Positions 1 through 12,114 of a stretch of 64,000 nucleotides of DNA are shown one piece after another. How positions within the stretch are numbered: position 1 is the first letter of the stretch; every line of letters starts with the position of its first letter. The position numbers and the translations under genes are program-made. The notes below the pieces were generated by a model, which searched no databases, had not been told where the DNA came from, and worked only from the letters and a program-made list of their open reading frames with translations. The stretch is from Felis catus (lineage: Eukaryota), in the NCBI RefSeq assembly GCF_018350175.1, contig NC_058368.1:4092001-4156000 (forward strand), given 5' to 3'.

Positions 1-454
1 TGTAGCTCCTTTCTCAACATAATAGGATAGTTAGCCTTTCTAGCTCCAAACTCGTAACCTCACACTAATCGTCCCACAAAATTATACCCATACAATATTA
101 CCAAATACGGACAAGAGAGAACACCCACAGGTAAAACTTAAAAAAACAAACAAACAAACAGAGGCATCTATGAACATGAACTAGCCTTTCTTTGAGTGCT
201 TTGCCTTATGTTTTTTTCAGGGAACGGATGATGCTCTGATGTAGCTAAACCACCGATGAGGTTAGGGACTTAAAGTTTTACTATTTATTTAGTATTATTT
301 AGAAATGATCACGGGCCCGTGTAATTCAAAGGCTAGTTCTGGGAAAATGGGATATCAGGTGTGTAAAAGCATTTAATTACATTTTAAGCAATTTACAAAT
401 AAAATGATTTCCTTTTGCTAGAAGGTCAAGTAAGGGAAAAGGTCTAGTGACCAG

Positions 455-690
455 AACAGGCTGAAATCTCACAGACTTGGATTCAAATTCTATTTACTTG
501 ACCCTGAGAAAGTTCCTCACTGCTCTGCACTTGGGTTTCCTCATCTGTATTGCAGTGTTACTGATATATTATGTATTTCATCAAAGTTAAATGTATCCTG
601 TATGAATAATGCCTTCCTCACCAAGTTAATGAGAAGATTCAATAGGACTTGTGATGTGTCTGCAATAAATGTGGTCTAGTAGTGGTAAGA
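455..690 (+). mobile_element. MIR SINE, degenerate
   Basis: MIR core-like GGATTCAAATTC...TTGGGTTTCCTCATCTGTA, with a MIR-like continuation to about 690. Confidence 0.6.
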
Positions 691-1579
691 AAAAAAAGGT
701 GGGGGGGAGCACTTTCCAAGTGGTCTTGCTCAGAGGTTTGATCATTCTTTCTACTACTCCCCTAGTTTCATTTGACCTTTATATTTTTTGGCCAGCACGG
801 TGTTTAATAAGTAATTGCCACATTGAAAAAACATTGTCAACATTCAAAAGTTGGAAGGCTTCACTTACAGTCAGATTTCTGGCTTCTCTTGACAACTGGA
901 AGATCTGTGAACACACTGACCCATATTCTCGAATGGCCGATGGTCAACAATGGGCGCAGGCTGGGAAGCAGAGGCTCCTCTTTAAATGGGTTATGTTGGC
1001 TTTAGCTCATCACAGTGCTGATCTGACCTACTTCTCCCTCACTTACATTTACTGCCCGGAACGGGTCTTGGAAATAAAGATAACGTTTCAAGCAGAGTGG
1101 CAGGCCGATGGATGTTTTTCTGGCATAACGCGGGCCTTCCTGAGGGGAGTGTTGACACCCTCTGATAACACAACGCGTTGCCCGGATGATAAAACTACAG
1201 CCCTTTCTAAAACTATTCACTCCAATGTCCTGAATCTCCAGGCCAGGCCACAGATTAGATCAGCATGCACACAGTGCTTTCTCTTAGACAGAATCACAGA
1301 CTCCCTGGGATGAGAGGAACCTTCGTATAATCTGGCCGAGGATCCACGTACTGCTTGAAACCTCTCTTCAAACATCCTTGCCGGAGATTCCCAGGGATCT
1401 TCAAGCAGCTGAGATGGTATCATCACCTCCAAAGGTAGCTCTTGTGACTCCTGAGACCCTCTTCATAAGCTGGACAGAAATCTGATGTCCCTGATATCTC
1501 ACCAAACGTGTACAGCGGTGCAACCTGCAGAGTTCAACCACAAATGAACTCTCTTCAATGAGAGTCCTCCGCAGGACTG

Positions 1580-1720
1580 CGTTATTATTTCTGTCGTTGC
1601 TTCTTTACAGATGGGGACGTGGAGGCTCAGAGAAGTTGCGTGGCTTAGCTCAAGTCACAGAACGATGACCAGTAGTGGCAAGAGGTGGTTTCCTGATTCA
1701 AATGTCGATACTCTTGACGT
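1580..1720 (-). mobile_element. MIR SINE
   Basis: TTTACAGATGGGGACGTGGAGGCTCAGAGAAGTT...CTCAAGTCACA, the reverse MIR core. Confidence 0.75.
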
Positions 1721-1932
1721 AGAACCATCAGTCTAAGTCGCTTTCCTACGAAATAATACTGCACCTCTAATTTCTCTTTTCCGTAATACACCTTCATATG
1801 TTTCAACGCAGGTAGGATGTCTCCCATGAGCAGCTCCTGCTTCTAGGTAAATAGCCCACTTCCCCTGAATCCAGACTCATGTGACAAAGTTTCTACACTC
1901 CTCACCATTCTCATTTCCCTTCCAAACACGAT

Positions 1933-2467
1933 TGTGATGATTACATTGATAGGTCAACTTGACCGGGCTGAGGGATGCCCAGATAGCCAGAAACATGATT
2001 CCCGAGTGCGTGTGAAGGTGTTTCCAGAAGAGATTAGCATTCGAACTGGTAGTCTGAGTAAAAAAGATGTGGAAGAAGAGGTGGACGGGCCCACCTCGCC
2101 ACCTCACCAAGGTCGAAGGGCATCATCCAATCTGTTGAGGGCCCCAAGGGAACACTGTAGGCAGAAGAGGGGTGAATTTGCCCTCTGCAGACATTTCTCT
2201 GGTCTTGCCCTCAGACATTAGTGTTCTTGGTTCTCAAGCCATTGGTCCAACACCTGGACTTACCCAATAGACCCCTTGCTCCTGAGGCCTTCAGACTCCG
2301 AATAAATTACACCACTGGCTTTCCTGATTCTCTGGCTTCCCAAATGCAGACAGTGGACTTTTCAGCCTCTGTATTGGATGATGATCCAATAAGCCAACTC
2401 ATATAATAAATAAATGTACATGTCCATCCTACTGCTTCTATTTCCCTGGAGAAACCCGACCAATACA
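1933..2467 (+). mobile_element. ERVL solo LTR, MLT2 family
   Basis: Starts TGTGATG...GTCAACTTGACCGGGCTGAGGGATGCCCAGATAGC and ends CTGGAGAAACCCGACCAATACA; TG...CA termini. Confidence 0.85.
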
Positions 2468-2642
2468 ACAACCGATTGGTTTTGAAGTTCAGATGTGAAC
2501 ACACTACTCCAGAGGCGGCCAGACCATCACAAAGGAGAGTAGAGCTATCTTTTTCATCTTTCTGAGTATTACACACGTGGTAATTCAGCCGAAGTGTACC
2601 TCAGGGTTTGGACTCCCATATCAATACGTTAAGCTACATGTA

Positions 2643-2767
2643 CAGTGATCATGGGTCGTGTTTCACCCAGGACAGTCCCTGATTCTGCTTATTGTCCTAA
2701 ATTATCAAGACTGCCCCTTTTTACTCTCAACTGCCCCACTTTGGGTGATTAATTGTATGGTCGCCTT
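2643..2767 (+). mobile_element. hAT-Blackjack MITE, MER94-like
   Basis: CCCAGGACAGTCCC...CCCCTTTTTACTCTCAA...TATGGTCGCCT; degenerate TIRs resembling AGGGTGACCATA. Confidence 0.6.
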
Positions 2768-2919
2768 ATCTACATGAAACATGGCGGCAACTACATCTTT
2801 CCTAGATGCCGTTTCCAGATGCCGTTGCTCAGGCCTGTCTTCCTGGGATAAAATTTGAACCCAAGTTACAATAAATTTATCCGTGATACGTTTCATCTCA
2901 ATGGATTCAACCTATCTAG

Positions 2920-3292
2920 ATTGCGCCAGAGGTCCCAATTCTTTAGCGTTCTTGGTGCCTTTTACCACGTAACTTTGCAGGGCCCTTACCTTATGGGCTT
3001 GCTGTCATTCTCAGACCCTCAGCTTGGCCATGCAGTTTGCTTTGGTCAATGGCATGTGAACCCGACATGAGAACAACGGCGTCTTGCAAAGCGTTCCTGT
3101 GACCAGGCTTGCATGCTTCTGCTTCTGACATCGCTGTGAAGTGACTGTGTCCCGGGTGGCTGCCGGTCCCAAGAGAATGAGAAACACGTGGAACACAGCT
3201 GCCCCAATCCAACGACCCCAGCCTTGAGCTGCGGCCAGCGGACATTGAGTGTTAGCTCAAGCCACTGAGTTCTGGTGGCTTTTCAATGCAGC
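2920..3292 (+). mobile_element. MaLR LTR, old MLT1 (H/I/J-like)
   Basis: CTTGGCCATG...TTTGCTTTGGTCAATGGCATGTGA and the 3' motif AAGCCACTGAGTTCTGGTGG. Confidence 0.65.
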
Positions 3293-3463
3293 TGTGCATC
3301 TACGGTCCAGGACCTGACTCTCACATGGTATATTTGCTTCTCCTCAGCTAGGGAGCTGTCACCTGAGAGTATGCACATCGTTCACGTCCTCACTCAGGTC
3401 ACTTTTACATTGTTGAACAGGACACAACTTAGAATTCTGTAGCCCTCTAAAAACAACATTTCA

Positions 3464-3680
3464 GGGGTGCCGAGGCGGCTCAGTGGGTTAAGTGTCTGTC
3501 TTCGGCTCAAGTCATGATCTCACACGGTTCACGGGTTCGAGCCCCACATCTAGCTCCGCACTGACAGTGCGGAGCCTGCTTGGGATTCTTTCTCTCCCTG
3601 TCTCTTTCTGCCCCACCCCCAGCTGCGCTTTCTCTCACTCTCAAAATAAATAAATAAACTTTAAAAATAAATAAATAAAT
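3464..3680 (+). mobile_element. Can-SINE (SINEC)
   Basis: tRNA-like head with A/B boxes, CT tract, AATAAA tail, imperfect TSD AAAACAAC/TATTTCA-like. Confidence 0.95.
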
Positions 3681-3754
3681 AAAAACAATGTTCCAGGTTC
3701 ATATTGATAATTTAATCCATATCCTTTGGGCAGACCATTGATTTATTATACATA

Positions 3755-3880
3755 CTAATAATAACTACCTTTTATTGAACATTTGCCATTTGTATGTCTT
3801 AAGCATTTTATATGTATTATCTCCTTTAATCCTCTCAATTCTGTTTTAGGACAAAGACACTGATGAACCCATACGTCAAG
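3755..3880 (-). mobile_element. MIR SINE fragment
   Basis: ATAATAACTACCTTTTATTGAACATTT...CATTTTATATGTATTATCTCCTTTAATCCTC. Confidence 0.65.
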
Positions 3881-4102
3881 GAGCATTTCCAAAGTCGTAC
3901 TGCTGGGAGTAAAGCCCAGATCCCCCTTCTCCCCCCAGCAGCACTCTCACTCACAGGTACCTCCTCCTATAGTCTCTTGGCTACTAACCCCCCACATTAT
4001 GATCAGATTACAGGAGATCTTGGCAAACGGGGTTTGGGGGAGTTGGGAAATACATTTCTGAAATCTTAGTGGGAGATCACTCACCTAAAAGTAGTCATGG
4101 TG

Positions 4103-4327
4103 GGGGCGCCTGGGTGGCGCAGTCGGTTAAGCGTCCGACTTCAGCCAGGTCACGATCTCGCGGTCCGTGAGTTCGAGCCCCGCGTCGGGCTCTGGGCTGA
4201 TGGCTCAGAGCCTGGAGCCTGTTTTCGAGTCTGTGTCTCCCTCTCTCTCTGCCCCTCCCCCGTTCATGCTCTCTCTCTGTCCCAAAAATAAATAAACGTT
4301 GAAAAAAAATTTAAAAAAATAAATAAA
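4103..4327 (+). mobile_element. Young felid Can-SINE (SINEC_Fc-like)
   Basis: CpG-rich near-consensus body; perfect 17-bp TSD TAAAAGTAGTCATGGTG at 4086-4102 and 4328-4344. Confidence 0.97.
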
Positions 4328-4359
4328 TAAAAGTAGTCATGGTGAACTAAAATAAAAGA

Positions 4360-4525
4360 ACACACTCTTTGGAGGTAGCCAGACAGATGCGGGCTGAGGT
4401 CTGAGCTCCCACCAACTGTCTAACCTGTGGGCCACCTATTTGATCACTCCGAGCCTTGGTTTTCTCACCAGGGAAATGAAGATAAAAATGCGAACTTCCC
4501 ACGGCTGTTGAGAGTGCGTGAGGCC
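4360..4525 (+). mobile_element. MIR SINE
   Basis: CTCCGAGCCTTGGTTTTCTCACCAGGGAAATGAAGATAA core. Confidence 0.6.
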
Positions 4526-5009
4526 CCTAGCTTCAGAGATATTTGCACTCTTCCCCTTCTTAGGTGGAGAATGAGGTTGGTCTGCAACCTGCCACGTGGT
4601 CTGTGAGCAAGGTGGGTTCTGCACTCATGCCCACACTTGCTTGCTGGAGACCCTGTTTTGTGTTCACGACGCCCCCTCTTTCTCTCGCCACTGCTGAGTT
4701 TTACTCTGACTATTCAGCTCGTCACTTACTCCAAAAAGGACAATGCAATCCTCTTTTTGAGCTAGCTAAGTGACTAAAAAAACAAAATCTGGAGAAGTGA
4801 GAACCAAAAGAAAAATCAGCAAAAGTCATTTCAAGAATTCTAACTATGATAAGAGATGGAAAACTCACTCTCCAATTTTGGAAAGTCCTCCATCATTTGA
4901 ACCTAAGTATAGAAACGAACTCATCATTTCGCATGCTGCACAGAACTCTGCCATGGTAGGTTCTGAGTAGCCGCATTCTGACCAGATATCAGTAGAGGCG
5001 AAGATCACC

Positions 5010-5190
5010 ATCCCAGGTGTTAGTCCGGAAAATTCCAAAGCGGCTTACTGGCTGTGGAACCTCGGCTACTCAACCCATCTCTGCTCTAGTTTTCTCATCC
5101 ATAAAATGGAAATCACAACAATGCCACATGTCCAGTGGCAGTGAGGATTCAAGTACCTGCAGAAACCTTAGCACGTAGTAAACTCTCGAA
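5010..5190 (+). mobile_element. MIR SINE
   Basis: CTTACTGGCTGTGGAACCTCGG...TCTAGTTTTCTCATCCATAAAATGG core. Confidence 0.65.
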
Positions 5191-5317
5191 AAAATCAGTG
5201 GGGATTTACACTGCAAAGATTTTATTCAATTAAATGTGTCTCTGGAACACATTTTAAATTGCGTGCAAGCATTACTACAGCAATCCAAGGCAATGCTATA
5301 AGAAATGGGAGAATCTA

Positions 5318-5541
5318 GGAGCACCTGGGTGGCTCAGTCGGTTGAGCGTCCGACTTCAGCTCAGGTCATGATCTCACAGTCTGTGAGTCTGAGCCCCGCG
5401 TAGGGCTCTGTGCTGACAGCTCAGAACCTGGAGCCTGCTTCAAATTCTGTGCCTCCCCCCTCTCTGTCCCTCCCCTTCTCATGCTCTGTCTCCCTCTGTC
5501 TCAAAAATAAATAAAAACATTTTTAAAATTTTTAAAAAGAA
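5318..5541 (+). mobile_element. Can-SINE
   Basis: Full body plus A tail; TSD AAGAAATGG(G/A)AGAATCTA. Confidence 0.95.
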
Positions 5542-5994
5542 AAGAAATGGAAGAATCTAGAAATGGAAGTCATCGAACCCCACCTATAACTATTCCTAGT
5601 AGACACCATAAAATGCTCTAAACTCCCTTTCCCTGTCCACCTCCTCTCTCTCCACTTTTCCTTCTCTCTCGCCACTGAAACAGGAGTCTAACCGGCTATT
5701 AAGGAAGGTCCCCATGGAGGTGACAAAGAATAGGACATTGACATAAATGTCAAATATCTCTCCCCAAACACTCATCAAATACAAAGTGCAAAAAGTCATG
5801 ATAAAGTCATGGAGGAACTGGGCAGACACCCACTGGGCCATTTCATCAATATTAGCATCATTCAAGTGGATCAGGTGACCTCTAAGAGGAACACGGCATA
5901 ACTTCTGATTCCTCCCAAGTCTGGTCGTGCGAAAACATCAGAGAGAACCAAGTCGGCGTCATCCTACACAGAAGACCTATACTTTTTTGTTATT

Positions 5995-6155
5995 ACTCTC
6001 CAGATATAATCGACAGAGAACATCGTTTTAGCTTCAGGTACACAGCATAATGATTTGACATACGTATCTACCGCAACACGATTCCTACAATAAATTTATA
6101 ATTATTGTACCACCGCAGTTACTCTTTCTTGTGGTGAGAACTTCCAGGATCTACT
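5995..6155 (-). mobile_element. LINE-1 3' end fragment (L1MA9/L1_Carn-like)
   Basis: GATATAATCGACA...TTCAGGTACACAGCATAATGATTTGACAT...TTCTTGTGGTGAGAAC, the reverse L1 3' terminus. Confidence 0.75.
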
Positions 6156-6189
6156 TCAGGTCTGTACTTTTTAACCCTCTCAAGGACCC

Positions 6190-6517
6190 TGTTATGAGCT
6201 GAATTGGGCTTCCCCCCTCCAAAAACATCGTATTGAAGTCCCAGCCCCCGGTACCACAAAATGTGACTGCGTTTGAAGACAGATCCTCATCCAATCTGAC
6301 TGAACGTATAAAAGGAGATCAGGACACAAACTCCTACGGAGGAAAACAACACAAGAAGATGACCGCCTGAAAGCCAAGGGGAAACGCATCGGAAAAACCC
6401 ACTCTGCCAACGCCTTGATTTCAGATTTCTGGCCTCCGGAACTGGGAGGAAGGAAGTTGTTGTTTCAGCCACCCAGGCCGTGGTACTTTGTTATGCTGGT
6501 GCTAGAGAGCTAATCCA
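6190..6517 (+). mobile_element. MaLR solo LTR, MLT1A/B-like
   Basis: TGTTATGAGCTGAATTG...CCTTGATTTCAGATTTCTGGCCTCC...TGGTACTTTGTTATG...CTAATCCA. Confidence 0.85.
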
Positions 6518-6724
6518 GACAAGAGAGGGAAAAACTGAGCGTGTTCCAGAAGGAAACTAACCACATGTGACAACCAGGGGCCACACACGATCCTGATCCT
6601 GGACCAGAAAGGACAAAGAGAAATACACTGGTGAAAGAGAATGGCTCCTCTGCCCCAAGAGGATAAATGTCCTATGATTCCTCTTACATGAGGTTCCTAG
6701 AGTAGTCATACCTCTCAGAGACAC

Positions 6725-7645
6725 TGAGGGCTACCAAATTATGCCACCCCCAAAATATGCCTCCCTGGCAATGGACCCTTTTGAGCTTAAAGTCCGTTGC
6801 GAACCGGCAGATGCAAGGAAAGGCTCTAAAACCAGGGGACCAATTTTCCTTTTGGGAAGCGAATGTGCGTCTATAAAGGACATTTCCATTTGTAAAAGGC
6901 ATCCCCCTTCAGAGAGCAGGGAGGAGGACTATGAACAAATCTCATCAATGGACCAAGTAAGATCTGTACCACAGGCCGACCAAACACCCTTCTTTGCCAC
7001 ACTTCCTGGCTACCTTCCCATAACCCGCCTCCCCCACCAGGAAGCCCCAAACCCCTTTCCCTTTGCTTGGCCTACGAGGGGGTCAAAGCCCAAGCTCTCG
7101 CCATCGCTTTGGTTACACACTGCTAGGCGTTGCCCTGTGTCCATGCGTGATGCACATGCTAATAAACTTGTGTTTTTCTCCTGTTCATCTGTGTTTATAG
7201 GGCTCCGGCTGGAAAATGTAAGTGAAAGTGGACCTCAACCACCTCCATGTTGACCTCCAACTCTCTCATTGATTCTTTCCAGCTTGTTTCTTAACTCAGG
7301 CAACAGACCCTGTGGGCATGACCCCGTGACTGACCTCAAGCCAATGAGGACTTGACCTTCCCTGCCCACCTGCACGTACTCACTAACCTTTATCCCACAT
7401 TTCCCTCACATAAACCTGGACATATTTTCGCGACTTTGGGACGCTGGCCGGCTGTCTTCCCCGTGTTGTCCTCCCTGGAATCAATCCCTTTCTGTGTCAT
7501 CACCTCTCATCCCTCTGCCTTTGGATTCTGTCAGCGGTGAGCGGCCGAACCTGGTCTGTTTGGTCCCCCAGGGCCAGGGGCCCTTGCACCCTCGGGTCCC
7601 GGCTCTAGGAGGATAGGAGGGAAAAGGAAATTTCCCTCCTTACGA
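6725..7645 (+). mobile_element. ERV1 solo LTR, MER34-like (contains a nested LTR)
   Basis: Starts TGAGGG...TATGCCACCCCCAAAATATGCCTCCCTGGCA; AATAAA at about 7161; 3' end AGGAGGGAAAAGGAAATTTCCCTCCTTAC. Confidence 0.75.
7217..7570 (+). mobile_element. Second LTR-like element nested in the MER34-like LTR
   Basis: Begins TGTAAGTG, has CCAAT and TATA-like CATAAA, U5-like TTTGGATTCTGTCAGCGGTGAGCGGCCGAACCTG; interrupts the host LTR; right boundary uncertain. Confidence 0.5.
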
Positions 7646-8087
7646 GACCACGTAGAATGTTGCCAGGAGCCGGAGGAAGAGGGCAAAGCAGAGTTGTTAT
7701 TTAATGAGGACAGAGTTTCAGTTGTGCAAGACGAACAGTGCCCTGGAGGCTGCACACACAACCCTGTGAACATTCTTAGCAAGGCCAAATTTACAAAGAA
7801 CGAAACCAGTAAATTTTCCTGTTATGTGTATCTTAGAGATTTAAAAGTCTCTAAAAGATCTCGTGACTATCACTTCTGTCTTTATATATCTGCCTTTTCT
7901 TCCTTAGCTAGAATAAATCTTATGGAGGCAGAAAACATGTCTTAAATGCACTGCATCTTTCAGAATCGAAAGCCAGGTCCCAGAAGCTGACCCGTACAGG
8001 TTTGCTTACGGGAATCCTGAGAGTGAATGTTTGAAACTATAGCTGCCTTGGAAAACCTGGCGTATGGGGTTTCCTTACTTATTCTTC

Positions 8088-8155
8088 TTAACATTCCCCA
8101 GCATCTATCACAGCGCCCCATACATAGTAAGGGCTCAATAAATGCTCATCGGTGA
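8088..8155 (+). mobile_element. L2 LINE 3' end
   Basis: CCCCAGCATCTATCACAGCGCCCCATACATAGTAAGGGCTCAATAAATGCT. Confidence 0.7.
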
Positions 8156-8744
8156 CAATGATAAGGACCCAAAGGCTTCTCTGACTCTTTCTTGCACCCC
8201 TAGCGGCAGGTGTAGGGACACAGGGGGCTCTGGCTGAGTGGCCATTCTCACGGTCTAGGAATATGTCTGCCACATCATATCCTGCAGAAGTTATTTAGAC
8301 TTTGACTAGAAGCCAGCTCTTCATGTGCGTTTTATTTTTCTTGTCCCCTTAATGACTTCAATAAACGCCTCATTTTTACTAACTTTGTAAATTCAGGGCT
8401 CCACGGGAGGCATCCAGAAATATGTCAGGACACCCGGAGGTGCCCAAGGGGACCTAAAATTCATGGAGTGCCAAAGGCTCTGCATTTGTTATTTCATTTC
8501 AAGCTCCCAGAAAACCTCATGATTCAACCAGGCTTCCAGCAGAGAAAATGGCGGCTCGCAGGGGTTAAGTAGCTTTGCCACCAAGTCCCACGGGGCGAAG
8601 AGCAGAACCCATGCTTTCTCCGGCACCCACAGGTCTCCAGTGGCCGGTCAGCGGGGCCACTCTTCCCATCACGTGGGTGAGACCATGGCTCTGGAGGCAG
8701 CCAAACCAGGAAATAGGGGGACTTGATGAAAAGGCCCTCCAGCA

Positions 8745-9166
8745 GGGTGGCTCATTCGGTTGAGTGGCCAACTTCGGCTCAGGTCATGATCTCACGGTTC
8801 GTGGGTTCGAGCCCCACGTCGAGCTCTGTGCTGACAGCTCGGAGCCTGGAGCCTGCTTCTGATTCTGTGTCTCCCCTTCCCCTGCTTTTTCTCTCTCTCT
8901 CTCAAAAATAAATAAAATAGGGGCACCTGGGTGGCTCAGTCGGTTAAGCGTCCGACTTCAGCTCAGGTCACGATCTCGAGGTCCGTGAGTTCGAGCCCCA
9001 CGTCGGGCTCTGTGCTGACCGCTCAGAGCCTGGAGCCTGTTTCGGATTCTGTGTCTCCCTCTCTCTCTGACCCTCCCCCGTTCATGCTCTGTCTCTCTCT
9101 CTGTCTCAAAAATAAATAAACGTTAAAAAAAATTTTTTTTTAAATAAATAAAATAAAAAAATTTCA
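8745..9166 (+). mobile_element. 5'-truncated Can-SINE hosting a second SINE in its tail
   Basis: Perfect TSD AAAAGGCCCTCCAGCA at 8729-8744 and 9167-9182. Confidence 0.93.
8920..9141 (+). mobile_element. Can-SINE nested in the A tail of the preceding SINE
   Basis: TSD AAATAAATAAAATA at 8906-8919 and 9142-9155. Confidence 0.93.
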
Positions 9167-9892
9167 AAAAGGCCCTCCAGCAAACTGTTAGGTGTCCATG
9201 TGGGGAAGGCACAGGTGGGGGCGGGGGGAAGGGTCATGTGAGTACTGGCTTCACCAGGAAGAGAAAATGATTCTCAGAAGTGCGTCTGAGAGATTCTTGA
9301 GAAGTAACTGACATCACCTGTTACCCAGGCAACAGCGGGACTCCGTATTAGGTCTGGTATCTCCGGGCTGGTGGCTCCCAGGGCCTCTCAGTCGTACTTG
9401 GCAGTGAGTCTACCTGGCAGTGCAGCGCTTTCTGGAATGGTCAGTTGACTTGGGCCACGCTTGCCTGCCCCCGCTTCCCCAGAGCCCTGCCATCACACTG
9501 GGACCGCTTGATGGCCCCACTTTCAACCACAGGAGGGCGCAGTGGTATCATTAAAAAAAAAAATTCCCCACCTCAAAGCCGCCGCTCAAGACGTGGTTTT
9601 GCGAAAAGACCCACATTTGGGGTGGGGGGTTGGGGGGGCTCGGGGGCTGGGAGTTCATAAGAGATTGTTCTAACACAGACACAATCGTTGCCAACAGGAG
9701 TGTGTTCCAATGCCCTCATTGTGCAAATAAGAAAACTAATCCCAGGAGGCTCCAGTCCTTCCTTCGCCCACAGTGCAGATGGCCGGTGACCAGGGGTATC
9801 ACTCCAGGTTTCCCCAGAGAGTCCAACCATGACCCGGCCGGGGTCCAGCGGTGGAGCAGGGGGCCGCTCATGACTCAGAAAGCACACAAGAA

Positions 9893-10120
9893 GGGGCACC
9901 CGGGTGGCTCCGTCAGTTAAATGTCCGACTTCAGCCAGGTCACGATCTCGCAGTCCGTGGGTTCGAGCTCCGCGTCGGCGTCTGTGCTGATGGCTCAGAG
10001 CCCAGAGCCTGCTTGGGATTCTGTGTCTCCCTCTCTCTCTGCCCCTCCCCTGCTCATGCTCTGTCTCTGTCTCAAAATAAATAAACGTTAAAAAAAATTA
10101 AAAAAAAAACAAAAACAAAA
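9893..10120 (+). mobile_element. Can-SINE (SINEC_Fc-like)
   Basis: Full body with CAGCCAGGTCACGATCTCG variant and A tail. Confidence 0.95.
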
Positions 10121-10596
10121 CAGGATAGGCTCATGAGAGAGGACTGAGGGCAGCGGCCCTCTTAGACACAGAAACGTCAGGGAATAGCTACCAAGTCCCG
10201 TCCCAGATGGCGAGATCCGTCCTCGTGTTCCAGGGCCGAGTTTCTGAGTCTGTAGGTGGCAAGGACCCAGCCAGCTTCAAGCCCGAGCTCCTAGGGCAGC
10301 ACCGTGCACTGAAAGAGCTCTGTATACCATTGGTGGCTAAAGCTGGAGGCTGCTGAAGCAAACCCACAGATGGACAGAGCCTCAGAACCAATGGCCTGGG
10401 CTAGCACGTGTCTAATACTCAGACACACGTCCCCACCTTTAAATTTCATTTTATTTACGACTCTGATCTATTTAGTCTTGATGATTCACACTTAAGTACT
10501 GTTGTCTGTGGAATTTCATTAAACACCTGTTCTCAGATAATAAGCTTGCATACCTGTCCAGAGTAATGTAGGAAATAAAGAGGACCAAGAACCAGA

Positions 10597-10821
10597 GGGG
10601 CGCCTAGGGGGGTCTCAGCTGGTTAAGCGTCCGACTTCAGCTCAGGTCATGATCTCGCAGTTCGTGAGCTCGAGCCCCGCGTCGGGCTCTGTGCCGACAG
10701 CTCGGAGGCTGGAGCCTGCCTGCTTTGGATTCTGTCTCCCTCTCTCTGCCCTTCCCCCACTCACGCTCTGTCTTTCTCTCTCTCTAATATAAATAAACAT
10801 TAAAAAAATGAATTAAAAAAA
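10597..10821 (+). mobile_element. Can-SINE
   Basis: Full body; TSD AGGACCAAGAACC. Confidence 0.95.
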
Positions 10822-11059
10822 AGGACCAAGAACCTGAGAGACCGAGGTACTGAGAATCTGTAAGAAATGTTTTCTGGTTAACAAATGTACTGCTAATCAG
10901 GCCTCGGGCATTTGTATCAATGTGGATGCTACACCCACAGTGAACCTCAGGAGAAGCGAGGTCTCTGCTTCTCGAGTTTTTAAAGAGATACAGTCTGTTT
11001 CTTCTAGAAGCATATAATCTAAAAACAAAGGTGATTTCGTTGGACAATAAAAGATGGTT

Positions 11060-11400
11060 ATGCTTTATTGTTTATATAAACCCTGTCTTTCTCCAAAGTG
11101 GTTTTGATATTATTTACAACAAAAACATACGATAGGCTTAATAAAAGAACAGAGATGGGAACTAAGGACCGAAAGGAAAAAAATACAGTAAATACAATAA
11201 TACGAACACGTAACGTAGTTTCTATAACTGAGTATAAAACGTGGCTCTGAGCTCCCTATGGGCTGAGGCAAAAGTAGAGACAAGAGAAATGTATAATATC
11301 AGTAGGCAGACGAAAGAATGTGGATTTTTAAAAACAGGTTTTTTCCCTAGAAACCAAATCTAAAAAGAACTGCCATACGCAAGGATTCATAGGGCTTTAC
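11060..11400 (-). mobile_element. Possible ancient LINE remnant (L4/RTE-X-like)
   Basis: TTTATATAAACCCTGTCTTTCTCCAAAGTGGTTTTGA resembles a recalled L4 reverse 3' end; weak. Confidence 0.3.
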
Positions 11401-12114
11401 GTGAGGATGTGACAGACAATACCCGCCCCCCAAGAGTTTTGACACAAGTTGAAGGGAATAAGAATTGCCATTAAAGCACCACTCAGTAAAGGCACTCCTC
11501 TCAGGGGCTGGGCTGCCACGAGCAAACTTATGAAGAAAAACTTAGAATTTCAGCAAACGGACGCAGGGAACGAAGGCCACCTACTCATTCAACCTACAGC
11601 GTGGCGCACGGAGCCTGGCTTAAATGTTGACGACGGCTCCTTCCGCAGAAATTCAAGTGGGGGTGTTCAAAACGGGAGTCTGCAAGGAGTCCACATCTCT
11701 GATTTGAAACTGTGAATGGGTTTCATCAGCCGTGTATCCGGCCCCTTCGCAGGCACCCTGGGCCCAGACACCAGGCTGTTTGAGCGTGTCCTCCGTCAGG
11801 CTCGGTGCACGAACGGAAGACGTCGACGCAGCACACGCGTATCACCTCTTTATTTCCCAATCTCATTGCTTGATTGAATTTTGAGCAGATGTGCCTTTCT
11901 CTCTTTTTTTTTTTTTAGGGTAGAAAGCAATGGAAAATGCTGTGGTTTTAAAATTAAGTGAGCACTTGAAAAACATTAGCTCTAGTTTGCTTCAGGTTTC
12001 TGTCCTCTACGAAGGCTTTCTTCCAGGCAGCAAAATGTCCAGTTGAAAACGGTGCAGCCACTGGCCACAAGCCTGCGGAAAGTCTCCACTAACTGAAAGA
12101 GAGAACTTCTTCAC

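Larger units (their letters stand above)
5700..6635 (+). mobile_element. Old LINE-1 3' UTR (L1MC/MD-like), interrupted
   Basis: L1MC-like 3' UTR motifs at 5730-5985 that resume at 6520-6635 (GATCCTGGACCAGAAAGGACA) after younger inserts. Confidence 0.5.
6660..7840 (+). mobile_element. L1MB-like 3' end split by LTR insertions
   Basis: ATGATTCCTCTTACATGAGGTTCCTAGAGTAGTCA...AGAGAC at 6675-6724 resumes at about 7646 with GTAGAATGTTGCCAGG...TTTAATGAGGACAGAGTTTCAGTT. Confidence 0.75.

Noticed and set aside
669..1313. Longest ORF in the track (214 aa)
   Set aside because: Starts in MIR-derived/low-complexity sequence, has no recognisable domain, and length alone is not evidence
6741..7253. 170-aa ORF
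   Set aside because: Lies wholly within an LTR and shows no gag/pol/env motifs
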